Of a DNA stretch of 38,242 nt, positions 17,403-25,684 are shown piece by piece (position 1 is the stretch's first letter; every line of letters begins with the position of its first letter). Made by a program: the position numbers and the translations under genes. The notes below the pieces were generated by a model. The model did no database searches, had not been told where the DNA came from, and was given only the letters and a program-made list of their open reading frames with translations. The stretch lies in sequence record SRR2962707_2366; one strand, 5' to 3'.

Positions 17403-18434
17403 ATGACATTTACACCTGACTACGTCTTTGAGGGTGAGCCTGCCCTTGGTGAGACCATGGAAGTTCACCCCGGCATTCATTGGCTCCGTATGCCGCTGCC
17501 GTTCAAGCTGGATCATATCAATCTCTGGTTACTCGAGGATGGCGACGGCTGGACCATCGTTGATACAGGTATCTGCACGGATGCCGTGAAAGAAGCCTGG
17601 GAAACCCTGTTTTCCGGCGTGATGCAGAACAGGCCTGTGAAACGCGTGATCGTAACACATTTCCATCCCGATCATGCCGGGCTGGCGGGCTGGCTGACAG
17701 AAAGGTTTGATGTGCCGTTGGTGATGCCGCTGACGGAGTGGACCTTCGGTCGGATGCTTTATCTCGACGGCAAGGAAGAATCCGTCAATGCGTTCAGGGC
17801 ATTTTACAAAAGTGCCGGGTTTACCTCGGAAATGATGGATACCGTGCATCGCAGGGCCGGCGGCTATCAGAAGATTGTGTCTCCGATCCCGGCAGCGTTT
17901 GAACGCATATCTGATGGCGATACGCTGGAAATCGGGGGACGCAAATGGTGCATGATCGTTGGACGCGGACATTCCCCGGAACACGCCTGTCTGTATTGCA
18001 ATGAAGCCGATGTGATCATATCGGGCGATCAGGTGCTGCCGAAGATCAGTCCGAATGTAAGCCTGTGGCCACAGGAACCCGAAGGCAAGCCGCTGGGGCT
18101 TTATATCGAAAGTCTCAATCGTTTGCGCGTGCAGGTAGCCGGTGATCCGTTGGTGCTGCCAAGTCACAACTGGCCATTCAAGGGGTTCCATGACCGGTTG
18201 GATGATCTGGACAAGCACCATGTCGAACGTCTGGATGAAACTTTCGAATCACTGTTTGAGCCCAGCACCGGTGTTGAAGTGCTGTATCGATTGTTCAAAC
18301 GCGAACTGGATGAACACCAGACGTTTTTTGCGATTGGAGAGACGCTGGCGCATCTGCATCACCTGATCGAACAGGGTAGGGCCAGGCGTGATCGCCGTGA
18401 TGATGGCGTGTACGTTTTCTCGCGGACAGATTGA
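17403..18434 (+). CDS. MBL-fold metallo-hydrolase with C-terminal helical/winged-helix extension
   Basis: RMPLPFKLDHINLWLL, VDTG, THFHPDHAG, GHSPEH, GDQVLPKISPN, LPSH, GETLAHL. Start probably ATG 17403. Confidence 0.9.
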   Translation: MTFTPDYVFEGEPALGETMEVHPGIHWLRMPLPFKLDHINLWLLEDGDGWTIVDTGICTDAVKEAWETLFSGVMQNRPVKRVIVTHFHPDHAGLAGWLTERFDVPLVMPLTEWTFGRMLYLDGKEESVNAFRAFYKSAGFTSEMMDTVHRRAGGYQKIVSPIPAAFERISDGDTLEIGGRKWCMIVGRGHSPEHACLYCNEADVIISGDQVLPKISPNVSLWPQEPEGKPLGLYIESLNRLRVQVAGDPLVLPSHNWPFKGFHDRLDDLDKHHVERLDETFESLFEPSTGVEVLYRLFKRELDEHQTFFAIGETLAHLHHLIEQGRARRDRRDDGVYVFSRTD

Positions 18435-18446
18435 ACACTATCCGAA

Positions 18447-18764
18447 TTAAATCAATTGAACCGACTTTAGTGCCTGAAGGATTTCCATTGCGATTGGGCC
18501 TTCGAGCGAATAGTAAATCGTTTGCGCATGCCGGCGGGTTTTCACAAGACGTTCTTGGCGTAATTTAGCCAAATGTTGCGACAGCGCGGACTGGCTCAGT
18601 CCGGTCAAAACTTCGAGTTCTGTGACGGATGCTTCGGTTCGGGAAAGATGGCACAGGATTTTCAATCTGTGTTCGTTCCCCATAGCCTTCAACACGTTGC
18701 TTGCGCGCACTTGAGGTTTGAAAGGCTTGGCTTCTTGTCGTTGATTCGTCGCAAGGGCTGACAT
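18447..18764 (-). CDS. ArsR/SmtB-family regulator (BigR/SqrR/HlyU/NolR-like clade)
   Basis: 105 aa. LKAMGNEHRLKILCHL, LSQSALSQHLAKLR, LVKTRR.AQTIYYSL. Confidence 0.92.
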   Translation of the reverse strand: MSALATNQRQEAKPFKPQVRASNVLKAMGNEHRLKILCHLSRTEASVTELEVLTGLSQSALSQHLAKLRQERLVKTRRHAQTIYYSLEGPIAMEILQALKSVQLI

Positions 18765-18894
18765 CAGGTGTCCGTATTCAATTTCTACTTACTGTATCTA
18801 TACGGTGACAGGTACACTGTTGGATCACTGTCTGGCTAAACACGGTTTCGTGACCAAATGTGGTGCTACCATGTTGAAACTCTTGAAATGCCGG

Positions 18895-18908
18895 GTCCAT
18901 TGATGGAC
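18895..18908. promoter_or_regulatory. 6-2-6 palindrome upstream of tusA (candidate operator)
   Basis: GTCCAT-TG-ATGGAC, 37 nt before the tusA ATG in the divergent arsR/tusA region. Confidence 0.35.
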
Positions 18909-18945
18909 TGTTCATATAAAATAACAACTGCTCTGAGGCCTATGA

Positions 18946-19173
18946 ATGACTACGACACACCTTGATCTGAAAGGGCTTAACTGCCCGTTGCCGGTTCTTC
19001 GCGCCAACAAGAAGATGAAGGAAATTATGGCTGGTGATATTCTCGAAATCGAGGTCACGGACCCGGCTGCGCCAAAGGACTTTGAAACCTATAGTAGCAC
19101 GACGGGGCATGAATTGATTCGAAGCGACGAAGCAGATGGGGTTTATACAATTTCGCTGAAAAAAAGCGGCTGA
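18946..19173 (+). CDS. tusA: TusA/SirA-family sulfur carrier protein
   Basis: 75 aa. LDLKGLNCPLPVL (CPxP), GDILEIEVTDP. SD GAGG 7 nt upstream. Confidence 0.9.
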   Translation: MTTTHLDLKGLNCPLPVLRANKKMKEIMAGDILEIEVTDPAAPKDFETYSSTTGHELIRSDEADGVYTISLKKSG

Positions 19174-19187
19174 ATCTCTATGCAGCT

Positions 19188-20327
19188 TTAGACAACCAGC
19201 CTTTTCGGTGAAATCTCGCGGACGTCCACGCCTTTTTCGATGATTTCTGAGGGAAGGGGACTGCCCAGCAACTGTTGAGCCGCAAGGCGTGCCATGGCAT
19301 CCGATGTTGTGATGCCGTATCCGCCTTGGCCGGCCAGCCAGAAAAAACCGGTATTTCGCGGATCAAAACCGAGTGCCGGCACCCCGTCGGGGAAGAAACT
19401 TCTAAGTCCTGCCCATTTGTTATCGATACGCCGAATGTTCATGGTCGTCGCTTTCTCAATTCGATCAACCGTGACGGCAATATCGTACTCGTCGGGCTGG
19501 ACGTCGCAGGGCGGCATTGGGGTGGCTTCCTCGGGGGACGCCAGAATGCGCCCGGCATCCGGTTTGAAATAGAACGTCTCGTCAATGTCGTTGACCATCG
19601 GCCAAGTCGAAGTGTCGTAAGCATCCGGTGCCTGAAAGACGATAGCTGTGCGGCGTTTCGGGACAAGGCCCAGAGGTGCAAGACCGGCTTTTTCTGCGAT
19701 ATCATCAGCCCATGCACCGGCCGCATTGATAATGATATCTGCGTTTACTTGACCTGCAGAAGTCTCGATCTGCCAAGCTTCAGCCGATCGGGAAATGGCC
19801 AAGACCTCTGCATCCGTCCTGATCCCGCCTTCCAGTGCCTTGAAGGCCCGGATGTAGCCATCATGAATAGCGGCTACATCCATGGACATGGCATCCGGCT
19901 CCAGAACACCTACTGCAGAAAATGCCTGTCTGAGAACGGGGACCTGATCAATCACCGCAGCCCCCTCCAGAAAGCGGATGCTGGGCGTCAGGGCCGCGCA
20001 TTCCTCGAACAGTTCTTCGGCTTTCTGGCGGCGGTCCTTGCCGCCGATCAGCATGATGCCCAAGGGGTGTAGAAGATCGTGGCTAGAAAACCCTGTGGGC
20101 GGGTTGTCGAAGAATGGCCGGGATGCTGCTGTTAACGCACGGATAACCGGCGGCCCATATGTTTCTGTATATACAGCTGCGGATCGTCCTGTTGAATGAT
20201 ATCCAGGGCGGTCTTCTCGTTCGAGCAGGATGATATCTCGGCCGCGCCCCGATGCTTCTGCCAATCGATAGGCAAGGGACGCGCCCGCAATGCCTGCGCC
20301 AATGATTGCAAACCGGCTGCTGGTCAC
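19188..20327 (-). CDS. FAD-dependent D-amino-acid dehydrogenase-like oxidoreductase (DauA/DadA family)
   Basis: 379 aa. GAGIAG, GYHSTGRSAA, NAAGAWAD, YFKPDAG, WAGLRSF, AGQGGYGI. Confidence 0.88.
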   Translation of the reverse strand: MTSSRFAIIGAGIAGASLAYRLAEASGRGRDIILLEREDRPGYHSTGRSAAVYTETYGPPVIRALTAASRPFFDNPPTGFSSHDLLHPLGIMLIGGKDRRQKAEELFEECAALTPSIRFLEGAAVIDQVPVLRQAFSAVGVLEPDAMSMDVAAIHDGYIRAFKALEGGIRTDAEVLAISRSAEAWQIETSAGQVNADIIINAAGAWADDIAEKAGLAPLGLVPKRRTAIVFQAPDAYDTSTWPMVNDIDETFYFKPDAGRILASPEEATPMPPCDVQPDEYDIAVTVDRIEKATTMNIRRIDNKWAGLRSFFPDGVPALGFDPRNTGFFWLAGQGGYGITTSDAMARLAAQQLLGSPLPSEIIEKGVDVREISPKRLVV

Positions 20328-20336
20328 GATGAATTG

Positions 20337-23300
20337 CTACTCCGCAGGACTGGGTTCGGCTTGCGGTTTCTTGCTTCCCGGGGTGTCGAGAGTATCGCCG
20401 TCACCGGATTTATCCTCGATCGCGGGGAACCTGTCTTTGCGATCATCGGCATCTCTTTCGGCTTTATGTTGAAGGCGCTCGTTGCGGTTTCTTTCAACGG
20501 CGGCGCAGAAAAGTGCCATGAGCGGTGGAATGATCGCAAGGGTAAGGATGGCCGAGAGTGCAAGCCCGCCAAGCACGACGGACCCAAGGCCGCGATAGAG
20601 CTCTGACCCGGCACCCGGGAAGAGAACCAATGGCATCATCCCGAAGACACTCGTTGTGGTTGACATGAAGATCGGTCTGATACGGTTCGAGGTGGATTCT
20701 ATGATCGCGTCAGACACGAGCATGGCTTCCTCGCGAATGTGGTAGAGCGTCTGGTGCACAAGCAGAATGGCATTGTTGACGACTATCCCGATCAGGATCA
20801 CGAAACCAAGCAAGGTAAGCATGTCGAGCGGCTGGAAAATGAATTGGTTCATGATCGCCAGCCCGAGGACGCCGCCGGCTGTCGCAAGCGGCACGGACAG
20901 CATAATGACCATTGGATAGACGAAGCTTTCAAAGAGCACCGCCATGACCAGATATACGATCACCACGGCAATCAGCAGGTCGTATTTCATGTGCGTCCAG
21001 GTCTGGTTCAGGCTGTCGGCGGTTCCCGACAGTCGTAACTGAACCCCTTCCGGCATACCTTCGGCTTGAAGCTTTTCAATAACTTCGGTGCGGAGTGTAT
21101 CCAGTGCGGTTTCAAGCGGAACGGAATCCGGCGGGCGGATTTCAAGAGTGACCGTTCTCAGGCGTTCAAGATGGTTGATCTGCGTCGGACCTGAGGTGAC
21201 GACGATATCGGCCAACTCGCTTGCCGGCAGGATGATGCCGGACGGCGTTGAGACGGGCAGGAAGTTGATCCCCTGTGTCTGGGTCACCTGATTGTCCGGC
21301 CCTTTCAGTTTCAAATCGATCCGCTTGTTGCCAACGGTGATTTCAGCGACCCGAAGACCGTCATTGAATGCATCCAGTGTGTCGGATAGCTGCTGAGCGG
21401 TGACGCCGTTATCGGCCAGTTTCACCCGGTTCGGGTAGACGCGGACTTCCGGCGCGCCGAGTTCCAGCCCCGGTTTAGGTCTCAACTGTGTGCCTTCGCT
21501 TCTGGGCATGGCCTGTTCAACAAGGCCAACTGCACGGACGGCAGTCCCCAAGATCGTTTCGAGATCTTCACCCATCACATTGAGCTCAATCGAACGCGAC
21601 CCGCCAATGCCGCGGCCGAACAGGGAACGCTGGGAGATCAGCCCAAAGGTTCCGGGCTCCTTCAGGGCTGCAGATTTCAGGATTGGAATCAGTTCCTTTA
21701 CACGATCAGGATCGTCTGCAGATGCCCCGAGGAAGGTGATCCCGCGTGTTGCGACAAAGAAGAAGCGGTCTACAAGCGGCTTTCCTTCCGGATGCTTACC
21801 TTCGGGATTGTTCTCAGCAAGCAGGGGAATCATTTCCGCTTCAAACTTGGCGGCAATGTCTTCGGTGGTGTCGAGGTTATAGCCGGGCGGCGGTGCGACG
21901 ACACCGAAGATCAGATTGCGGTTGCCGTCGGGAAGATATTCGAGTTTCGGCAGCAGGGCATACGTCACGAAAGCACCTGCACCACACAAGATCAGCACGG
22001 TTGAAATTGACAGCACCTTGCTGCCGATGACGCGTCGTGTGAAGCCAACCACAAAGGCATGGAACCCCTCTGCAACATGATCGATACCCGGGATGCGGCG
22101 CCGTGTGACGCTGCTGTCGTCCGGACCGCCGAGAAGTTTCTTGGACAGTGCCGGAATGACGGTAATGGCGACCAGAAGCGACAGCAGAACGGAAACGGAG
22201 AGCGCCACGGCGATATCACGGAACAGCTGACCGACTTCAAGCTCCATGACCAGAATAGGAATAAAGACCATGACCGTGGTCAGGGCCGACACAAGGACCG
22301 CGACCCATACCTGCTTTGCTCCCAGATAGGCGGCTTCCGTTCGGCTGTATCCTCTCTCACGAAGTCTGAAGATGTTTTCGAGAACCACAATTGCGGCGTC
22401 GACAACCATGCCAACAGCAAATGCGATGCCGGCCATGGAGATCACGTTGAGCGAACGTCCAAGAAATGCCATGGCAACGAAGGCACCGATAACGGACACT
22501 GGAATTGCCATAGAAACGATCAGTGTCGCCCCGCCGGAACGCAGGAAAATCAGCAGGACCATGGCAGCCAGTAACCCGCCAATCAGAATGTTCTGCTGTA
22601 CCAGGTTGATCGAGGAGTCGATGTAAATCGTTTCGTCATAGACCTGAATGAGTTGGAGTTGCTTGGAGGGGAGAATTTTCTCATTCAATTCTGAGATGGC
22701 CACACGGATGCCGTCCATCGTTTCGATGACATTCGCCCCGGTTTCACGAACCGTGTTGAGCGCAATCGCAGGGCGCCCATTGACGCGAATACGCGCACTG
22801 GGGTCCGAATAATCATATTGCACCGTTGCAATATCACCGACCGTGACACGGGCAACGCCACCCCCATCCGTCTGGGAGCGAATGACAACCTGCATGACAT
22901 CCTCAAGCGTCTTGAACTCACCTTCGGTGCGAACGACATACCGGCGTTTGCCTTCATCTACATCGCCGGCAGATACGGATGAATTGGCTGCCCGCATGGT
23001 CTGCACGACGTCCGTTACCGTAAGCCTGTATCGCGCCATGGCGTTCGGATCGACGCGCACCACCATTTCACGGTTCGCGGAACCGTACATGTTGACCCGC
23101 GATACCCCGCTGACCCGTTCCAGCCGATCCTGGATCACGTCTTCTGCGAAGTCGCCAAATGTGTGAATTTGTTGGTTGTTGTCACCCGTGCGGACCAGAA
23201 CGAACCAGGCAATCGGATTGTCTTCTGAACTGGCGGTCCTGATCGATGGCTGATCGGCTTCATCAGGATAGCTGCTCACCCGATCAAGCCGGTTGGCAGT

Positions 23301-23624
23301 CAGCAGCAGTGCGCGGCTCATGTCCTGGCCGACAGTAAATTCCATGGTGATCCGCGAACGGCCGTCCTGGCTTTCCGAAGAAATTTCCTCAAGTCCTTCG
23401 ATCCCTTTCAGGACTTCTTCCTGCTCGTTGGTTATCTCGCGCTCGATTTCGGCAGGGGCTGCCCCGGGCCAGATTGTCTCCAGGCTGATGATCGGTTTGC
23501 GGACGTCAGGTGTCAGCTGGATTGGAATTTTGGCAAGCGCAACAGCACCGAACATGACAACCATCAATACCGCAGCAAGGACGGCTATCGGCCTTTCAAT
23601 GGATAGGCGTATCAGACCGTTCAT
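20337..23624 (-). CDS. RND efflux permease (AcrB/AcrD/AcrF family)
   Basis: 1095 aa. RPIAV, WPGAAPAEIE, GMVVDAAIVVLEN, LFES..P, GIVVNNAILL, RIRPIFMS, twelve-TM layout. Confidence 0.96.
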   Translation of the reverse strand: MNGLIRLSIERPIAVLAAVLMVVMFGAVALAKIPIQLTPDVRKPIISLETIWPGAAPAEIEREITNEQEEVLKGIEGLEEISSESQDGRSRITMEFTVGQDMSRALLLTANRLDRVSSYPDEADQPSIRTASSEDNPIAWFVLVRTGDNNQQIHTFGDFAEDVIQDRLERVSGVSRVNMYGSANREMVVRVDPNAMARYRLTVTDVVQTMRAANSSVSAGDVDEGKRRYVVRTEGEFKTLEDVMQVVIRSQTDGGGVARVTVGDIATVQYDYSDPSARIRVNGRPAIALNTVRETGANVIETMDGIRVAISELNEKILPSKQLQLIQVYDETIYIDSSINLVQQNILIGGLLAAMVLLIFLRSGGATLIVSMAIPVSVIGAFVAMAFLGRSLNVISMAGIAFAVGMVVDAAIVVLENIFRLRERGYSRTEAAYLGAKQVWVAVLVSALTTVMVFIPILVMELEVGQLFRDIAVALSVSVLLSLLVAITVIPALSKKLLGGPDDSSVTRRRIPGIDHVAEGFHAFVVGFTRRVIGSKVLSISTVLILCGAGAFVTYALLPKLEYLPDGNRNLIFGVVAPPPGYNLDTTEDIAAKFEAEMIPLLAENNPEGKHPEGKPLVDRFFFVATRGITFLGASADDPDRVKELIPILKSAALKEPGTFGLISQRSLFGRGIGGSRSIELNVMGEDLETILGTAVRAVGLVEQAMPRSEGTQLRPKPGLELGAPEVRVYPNRVKLADNGVTAQQLSDTLDAFNDGLRVAEITVGNKRIDLKLKGPDNQVTQTQGINFLPVSTPSGIILPASELADIVVTSGPTQINHLERLRTVTLEIRPPDSVPLETALDTLRTEVIEKLQAEGMPEGVQLRLSGTADSLNQTWTHMKYDLLIAVVIVYLVMAVLFESFVYPMVIMLSVPLATAGGVLGLAIMNQFIFQPLDMLTLLGFVILIGIVVNNAILLVHQTLYHIREEAMLVSDAIIESTSNRIRPIFMSTTTSVFGMMPLVLFPGAGSELYRGLGSVVLGGLALSAILTLAIIPPLMALFCAAVERNRNERLQHKAERDADDRKDRFPAIEDKSGDGDTLDTPGSKKPQAEPSPAE

Positions 23625-24793
23625 GATGCGTTGCCTTTTGCCGCAGGCGCATTCCCGTTCTTGATCGGCTCACCCGGAGCTAGGCGTTCATTCCCTCGAA
23701 TGACCACTTCATCGCCTTCCTTAAGACCACTCTCGACAACGAACCGCTGTCCGATGGCCTGGCCAAGGCGGACAGGAGTGAAAGTGGCCTTGCCGTCTGC
23801 ATTGAGCACGACGAGCTGTGCACCGCCTCTGTTCAGGATGGCATCCTTGCTGACCGTGACGACATCGCGGATTTCACCCGCTGGGACATGGACCGTTACG
23901 GTCTGGTTCGCTGCAGTTGAACGGACAGGGCCAATGAATTCCGAAACAAACCGGACACGACGTGTCCGCGTGCGGGGATTTTCGTCAGGGATAACAGCGC
24001 GGACGATGGCTTTCAGTTCCGAACCGTCTTCCATCACCGCTTTCAATTCTCGACCCTGTTCAAGGCCGGCGATCCTGATTGCCGGGACATCTGCCTCTAT
24101 CTCCAGATTATTGTCATCCAACAAAGTTACTGTTGGATCCCCAACACGAAGATAAGCCCCGGCTACAGAATGACGTTCCGTAATTACCCCGGCGTAGGGG
24201 GCACGAATAATCGTGTTCTTGAGATCAATCTCACCCAGTTCAAGGTTCGCTTCAGCTGCCTTCAGATCTGCGGCGGCTTCACCGACTTCGCTTTTAGAGC
24301 GGATGTTTTCCTGCTGTTTGTCGTTCAGTCGCGCAGGTGAAAAGGCGGGAGAGTCCTTGAGGTCTTCAAGGCGTTTAAGTTCTTGTGCCAGAAGTTGAAG
24401 GCTGGCCCGGCTGGTTTCCAGTTTTGCCCGGGCACTGGCGACGTCTGCCTCGCGGCGATTGCGTTCCCATATAAAAGGCTCATCCACGAGGATAACGATC
24501 TCGTCGCCGGCTTCTACGCGGTCACCGACTTCAACCATGAATTTGTCCACGGCACCGGAAACGCGAGCAGCGACAACACCGGTCTGATGGGGAACAAAAC
24601 GGCCGATCACCGGCACGGTCTGTCGCAGCGGTTCGACACGGACGGTATCCATGCCAACAGCTTTTGCTCTTGGGGCGGCGGGGGCCTTCTGGGCATCCTG
24701 GGCAAGTGTGGTCGACAATGTTGCAGCAGATGCTGCAACAATCAGGCATGCTCCGGCCAAGTAATGTGTCAGCCGATATTTGAACGCTTTCAT
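23621..24793 (-). CDS. RND periplasmic adaptor (membrane fusion protein)
   Basis: Signal/anchor, VAARVSGAV..VEVGDRV, coiled coil, IRAPYAGVI, GLKEGDEVVIRG. ATGA overlap with the permease. Start probably ATG 24793. Confidence 0.93.
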   Translation of the reverse strand: MKAFKYRLTHYLAGACLIVAASAATLSTTLAQDAQKAPAAPRAKAVGMDTVRVEPLRQTVPVIGRFVPHQTGVVAARVSGAVDKFMVEVGDRVEAGDEIVILVDEPFIWERNRREADVASARAKLETSRASLQLLAQELKRLEDLKDSPAFSPARLNDKQQENIRSKSEVGEAAADLKAAEANLELGEIDLKNTIIRAPYAGVITERHSVAGAYLRVGDPTVTLLDDNNLEIEADVPAIRIAGLEQGRELKAVMEDGSELKAIVRAVIPDENPRTRTRRVRFVSEFIGPVRSTAANQTVTVHVPAGEIRDVVTVSKDAILNRGGAQLVVLNADGKATFTPVRLGQAIGQRFVVESGLKEGDEVVIRGNERLAPGEPIKNGNAPAAKGNAS

Positions 24794-24886
24794 AATACTT
24801 CTTCCCACCGGACGCTAATTGTTCACCTGTTTATTTAAAAAAACGCGCTGGTGAAGACACCAGGCGGCCCAAATATTCGACAATCC

Positions 24887-24919
24887 TTAAATTAGACTGG
24901 ACGGTCTAGTCTAATTTAA
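24887..24919. promoter_or_regulatory. 33-bp near-perfect palindrome, probable TetR operator
   Basis: TTAAATTAGACTGGAC-G-GTCTAGTCTAATTTAA; 15 of 16 arm positions are complementary. It lies between the divergent adaptor and tetR genes. Confidence 0.8.
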
Positions 24920-24995
24920 TTTAGTTTGTATTCTATATCAATTTGTTTGTGTCATTTTGATCATGTAATCAGCGCATCATAGAGGCTGTTGAAAC

Positions 24996-25640
24996 TTGGC
25001 AATTCTGCACCCAAAACCTTTGGACCAACTGCCCCCCGCATCCGCGGCCAAGCGGGAAGCAATCATCAATGCTGCGACACAGGTTTTCATGTCTTCTGGA
25101 TATGGGGCGGCCAGCATGGATCAAATCGCTGCCGAAGCTGGTGTCTCGAAACAGACGGTATACAGCCATTTTGGCGCGAAGGATGTTCTGTTTGAAGAGA
25201 TAGTGAGCTGCAAATGCACGGAACTGATGGGTGAAGACGGTCTTCAGGTCGGCATCGGGGAAGAGCCAGCAGTCATGCTCTATGATACAGCGAAAGTCTT
25301 CCTGCATATCGTTTTGACGAAGGAAAGCATGACGCTCTATCGGACAATCCTATCCGAGTGCGGCCGCTTCCCTGAACTGGCTCAGGCTTTTTATCGGGCC
25401 GGTCCGAAAACGGCCATTCAAAGACTGGCCACTTACCTGGATCAGGTCAGCAATCAGCAGTTACTTGAAATTCCCGACAGCAAGGCTGCCGCAGGCATGT
25501 TTTTCGCCATGTTGCGTGGAGATTTGTTTCAGCAGTGTCTTCTCGAACTTCGGGACATGCCGGACGATGCGGAGATTTCGAGGACGGCCCGCTGGGTCGC
25601 GGATGCTTTTATACAGGCGCATCTTCCCGGAAAGAGCTGA
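24996..25640 (+). CDS. TetR/AcrR-family transcriptional regulator
   Basis: 214 aa. KREAIINAATQVF..GY.AASMDQIAAEAGVSKQTVYSHFGAK, RFPELAQAFYRAGP. TTG start. Confidence 0.95.
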   Translation: MAILHPKPLDQLPPASAAKREAIINAATQVFMSSGYGAASMDQIAAEAGVSKQTVYSHFGAKDVLFEEIVSCKCTELMGEDGLQVGIGEEPAVMLYDTAKVFLHIVLTKESMTLYRTILSECGRFPELAQAFYRAGPKTAIQRLATYLDQVSNQQLLEIPDSKAAAGMFFAMLRGDLFQQCLLELRDMPDDAEISRTARWVADAFIQAHLPGKS

Positions 25641-25684
25641 GATGGCCGGCCAGCTTCATTGCATGTAATTTCATTGAAAAAAAT

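Noticed and set aside
17403..18434. Persulfide dioxygenase or beta-lactamase call for the MBL gene next to arsR/tusA
   Set aside because: It has a full dimetal HxHxDH motif and a long C-terminal extension typical of a different MBL subfamily, and it is convergent with arsR rather than co-transcribed.
18791..18806. LexA SOS box (CTGTAT...)
   Set aside because: Spacing does not fit CTG-N10-CAG, and alphaproteobacterial LexA uses GTTC-N7-GTTC.
9545..22160. Identical 17-mer GACAGTGCCGGAATGAC at 9545-9561 and 22144-22160, partly resembling the element at 1-26
   Set aside because: Both copies lie inside intact, unrelated CDS in different reading frames and lack the hairpin. One such match in 38 kb of GC-rich DNA is plausible by chance.
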